Below are positions 62,817 to 64,000 of a DNA stretch of 64,000 nt, one piece after another. The translations under genes and the position numbers were made by a program. The stretch spans positions 294,159-358,158 of the forward strand of contig JAOAGY010000032.1 of assembly GCA_026415505.1 (NCBI GenBank). The letters run 5' to 3'. The notes below the pieces were generated by a model. That model made no database searches. It had not been told where the DNA came from and saw only the letters and a list, made by a program, of their open reading frames with translations. How positions within the stretch are numbered: the stretch's first letter is position 1; each line of letters starts with the position of its first letter. Origin of the DNA: Chlorobiota bacterium (lineage in GTDB: Bacteria; Bacteroidota; Ignavibacteria; Kapaibacteriales; NICIL-2).

Positions 62817-63320
62817 TCACTGGCGTTTTTCCGTCACGAAGTTGAACGCAGTCGCGTTGTTTTTGCGAAGGACGTCGATGGCATCCTCGATCCATTTGTA
62901 GCGGATACGACGATCGCCATCGATAGCGAATCGTGTACGAGGACCGGTGATACGCGTCTGCATGATGAGCTGATCGAGCAAATCGAGCCCGACTTTGAGC
63001 TGCGGTTTGCGCTGCTCCGGTGTGAAGTTGAGATTGTCGTACACCTGCCGCCGCTGAATCTCGTTGATGATCGTGTAGTAGTAGCTCGTGTCGCCACTGA
63101 GCGTGTCGATGCCGACCTTGATGATCGCGAGGTCTTTGTCGGGGAGTTTCGACGTGTCCGCCGAGGCATACGGTCGCTTGATGACGAACTTTTGCTCGGC
63201 TTCGGCTTCGCTCTTGAATTTGGCGGTGAACATGAAAAACGTCAGCAAAAGAAACGTCACGTCCACCATCGGCGTCATGTCGATGACAAAACCGAGCCGC
63301 TTTTTCTTGATCTTGGGCAT
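62817..63320 (-). CDS. exbD: Biopolymer transport protein ExbD/TolR (copy 1)
   Basis: 167 aa. Motif IDMTPMVDVTFLLLTFFM. Confidence 0.85.
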   Translation of the reverse strand: MPKIKKKRLGFVIDMTPMVDVTFLLLTFFMFTAKFKSEAEAEQKFVIKRPYASADTSKLPDKDLAIIKVGIDTLSGDTSYYYTIINEIQRRQVYDNLNFTPEQRKPQLKVGLDLLDQLIMQTRITGPRTRFAIDGDRRIRYKWIEDAIDVLRKNNATAFNFVTEKRQ

Positions 63321-63341
63321 GGTCGAGTGTCTCGACGGTGA

Positions 63342-63992
63342 TTAGGCGACTTCTTTGACGCGAACGGTCAGCAATTCCATCATCGAGAGAATCGCCTCGT
63401 CGATCATGTACACGAAGTTGTCCACGCGCGTGGTGAAGAAGTTGAATGCCACGATCGAGATGATAGCCGCCGCCAATCCACCGGCGGTGTTGTACAGCGC
63501 CTCCGAAATACCGATCGAGAGCTGTTGGGCAGAAACCGTTCCGCCAGATTCACCGAGTGCACGGAATGCGCGGATCATCCCGACGGTCGTACCCAGCAGT
63601 CCGATCATCGTCGAGATCGAAGCGAGCGTCGAGAGAATGACGAGATTTTTCTCGAGCAGGGGAATTTCAAGGTTCGTCGCTTCGTCGACAGCACGCTGAA
63701 CTTCGCTGAGCTTCTTTTCGGCATCGTACTCGGGATCGTTTTCGACCTGCTTGAAGCGCTCCAATCCCGCTCGAAGGATGTTCGCGACCGAGCCACGCTG
63801 CTTGTCGCATTCGGCGATCGCATCGTCGATCTTGCCTTCGCCGATCAGCTCGATGCATCGCTTGATGAAGAGCGCGACGTCACCGGTTCCACGTGCTTTG
63901 TTGATCGAAAGCATGCGCTCGATCGAAAACGTGATTGCAAGCAGCAAGCACGCAAGCAACAGACCGACCAGCGGACCGCCCGTGTAAATCAT
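63342..63992 (-). CDS. exbB: MotA/TolQ/ExbB proton-channel family protein
   Basis: 216 aa. Three TM helices and a conserved C-terminal region (…ISEALYNTAGGLAAAIISIVAFNFF…). The start lies at the window edge, so the N-terminus could extend beyond 64000. Confidence 0.85.
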   Translation of the reverse strand: MIYTGGPLVGLLLACLLLAITFSIERMLSINKARGTGDVALFIKRCIELIGEGKIDDAIAECDKQRGSVANILRAGLERFKQVENDPEYDAEKKLSEVQRAVDEATNLEIPLLEKNLVILSTLASISTMIGLLGTTVGMIRAFRALGESGGTVSAQQLSIGISEALYNTAGGLAAAIISIVAFNFFTTRVDNFVYMIDEAILSMMELLTVRVKEVA

Positions 63993-64000
63993 TCCGAGCG

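Overview
The window is a compact, high-GC chromosomal region (over 60% GC by eye, genes tightly packed or overlapping), most likely from a member of the FCB superphylum that uses a type IX secretion system (T9SS). At least four proteins end in T9SS C-terminal sorting domains, and the tonB/exbB/exbD, fab and nuo gene organisation is Bacteroidota/Rhodothermaeota-like. The content is mostly core metabolism.

Annotated genes include:
- a partial dnaE, speA, purB, tsaB, a Cys/Met-metabolism PLP enzyme, ligA, ribE, pyrG and nuoJ-nuoK;
- a complete yceD-rpmF-plsX-fabH-fabD-fabG-acpP-fabF-rnc cluster;
- an exbB-exbD-exbD-tonB cluster.

Accessory-type content includes:
- a translationally coupled carotenoid (xanthophyll glycoside-type) operon: crtB, crtI, an alpha/beta-hydrolase with a Cys nucleophile box, a GT2 glycosyltransferase, a crtD-like desaturase and a cruF-like hydratase, followed by a T9SS M1 aminopeptidase and a GH57 enzyme;
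- a locus of a TonB-dependent receptor, a DUF4397 lipoprotein and a T9SS-sorted EEP nuclease/phosphatase;
- an operon of a ferredoxin, a YtcJ-like amidohydrolase and an ATP-grasp-like unknown protein;
- an apparently partner-less AddB-like Fe-S nuclease;
- a roughly 3 kb low-GC (about 50%) island carrying its own strong Shine-Dalgarno signal, encoding a 14-blade BNR/Asp-box T9SS protein and an 18-cysteine secreted protein of unknown family;
- a 590-bp intergenic region between nuoK and pyrG filled with a tandem array of an 81-bp composite unit made of two different perfect hairpins.

No rRNA, tRNA, CRISPR array, transposase or prophage genes were recognised. I did not find a clearly delineated, previously undescribed multi-gene system such as a defence system. 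The low-GC island, the hairpin array and the non-canonical enzyme in the carotenoid operon are the strongest candidates for novelty. All function calls rest on by-eye motif recognition, with no database search run.
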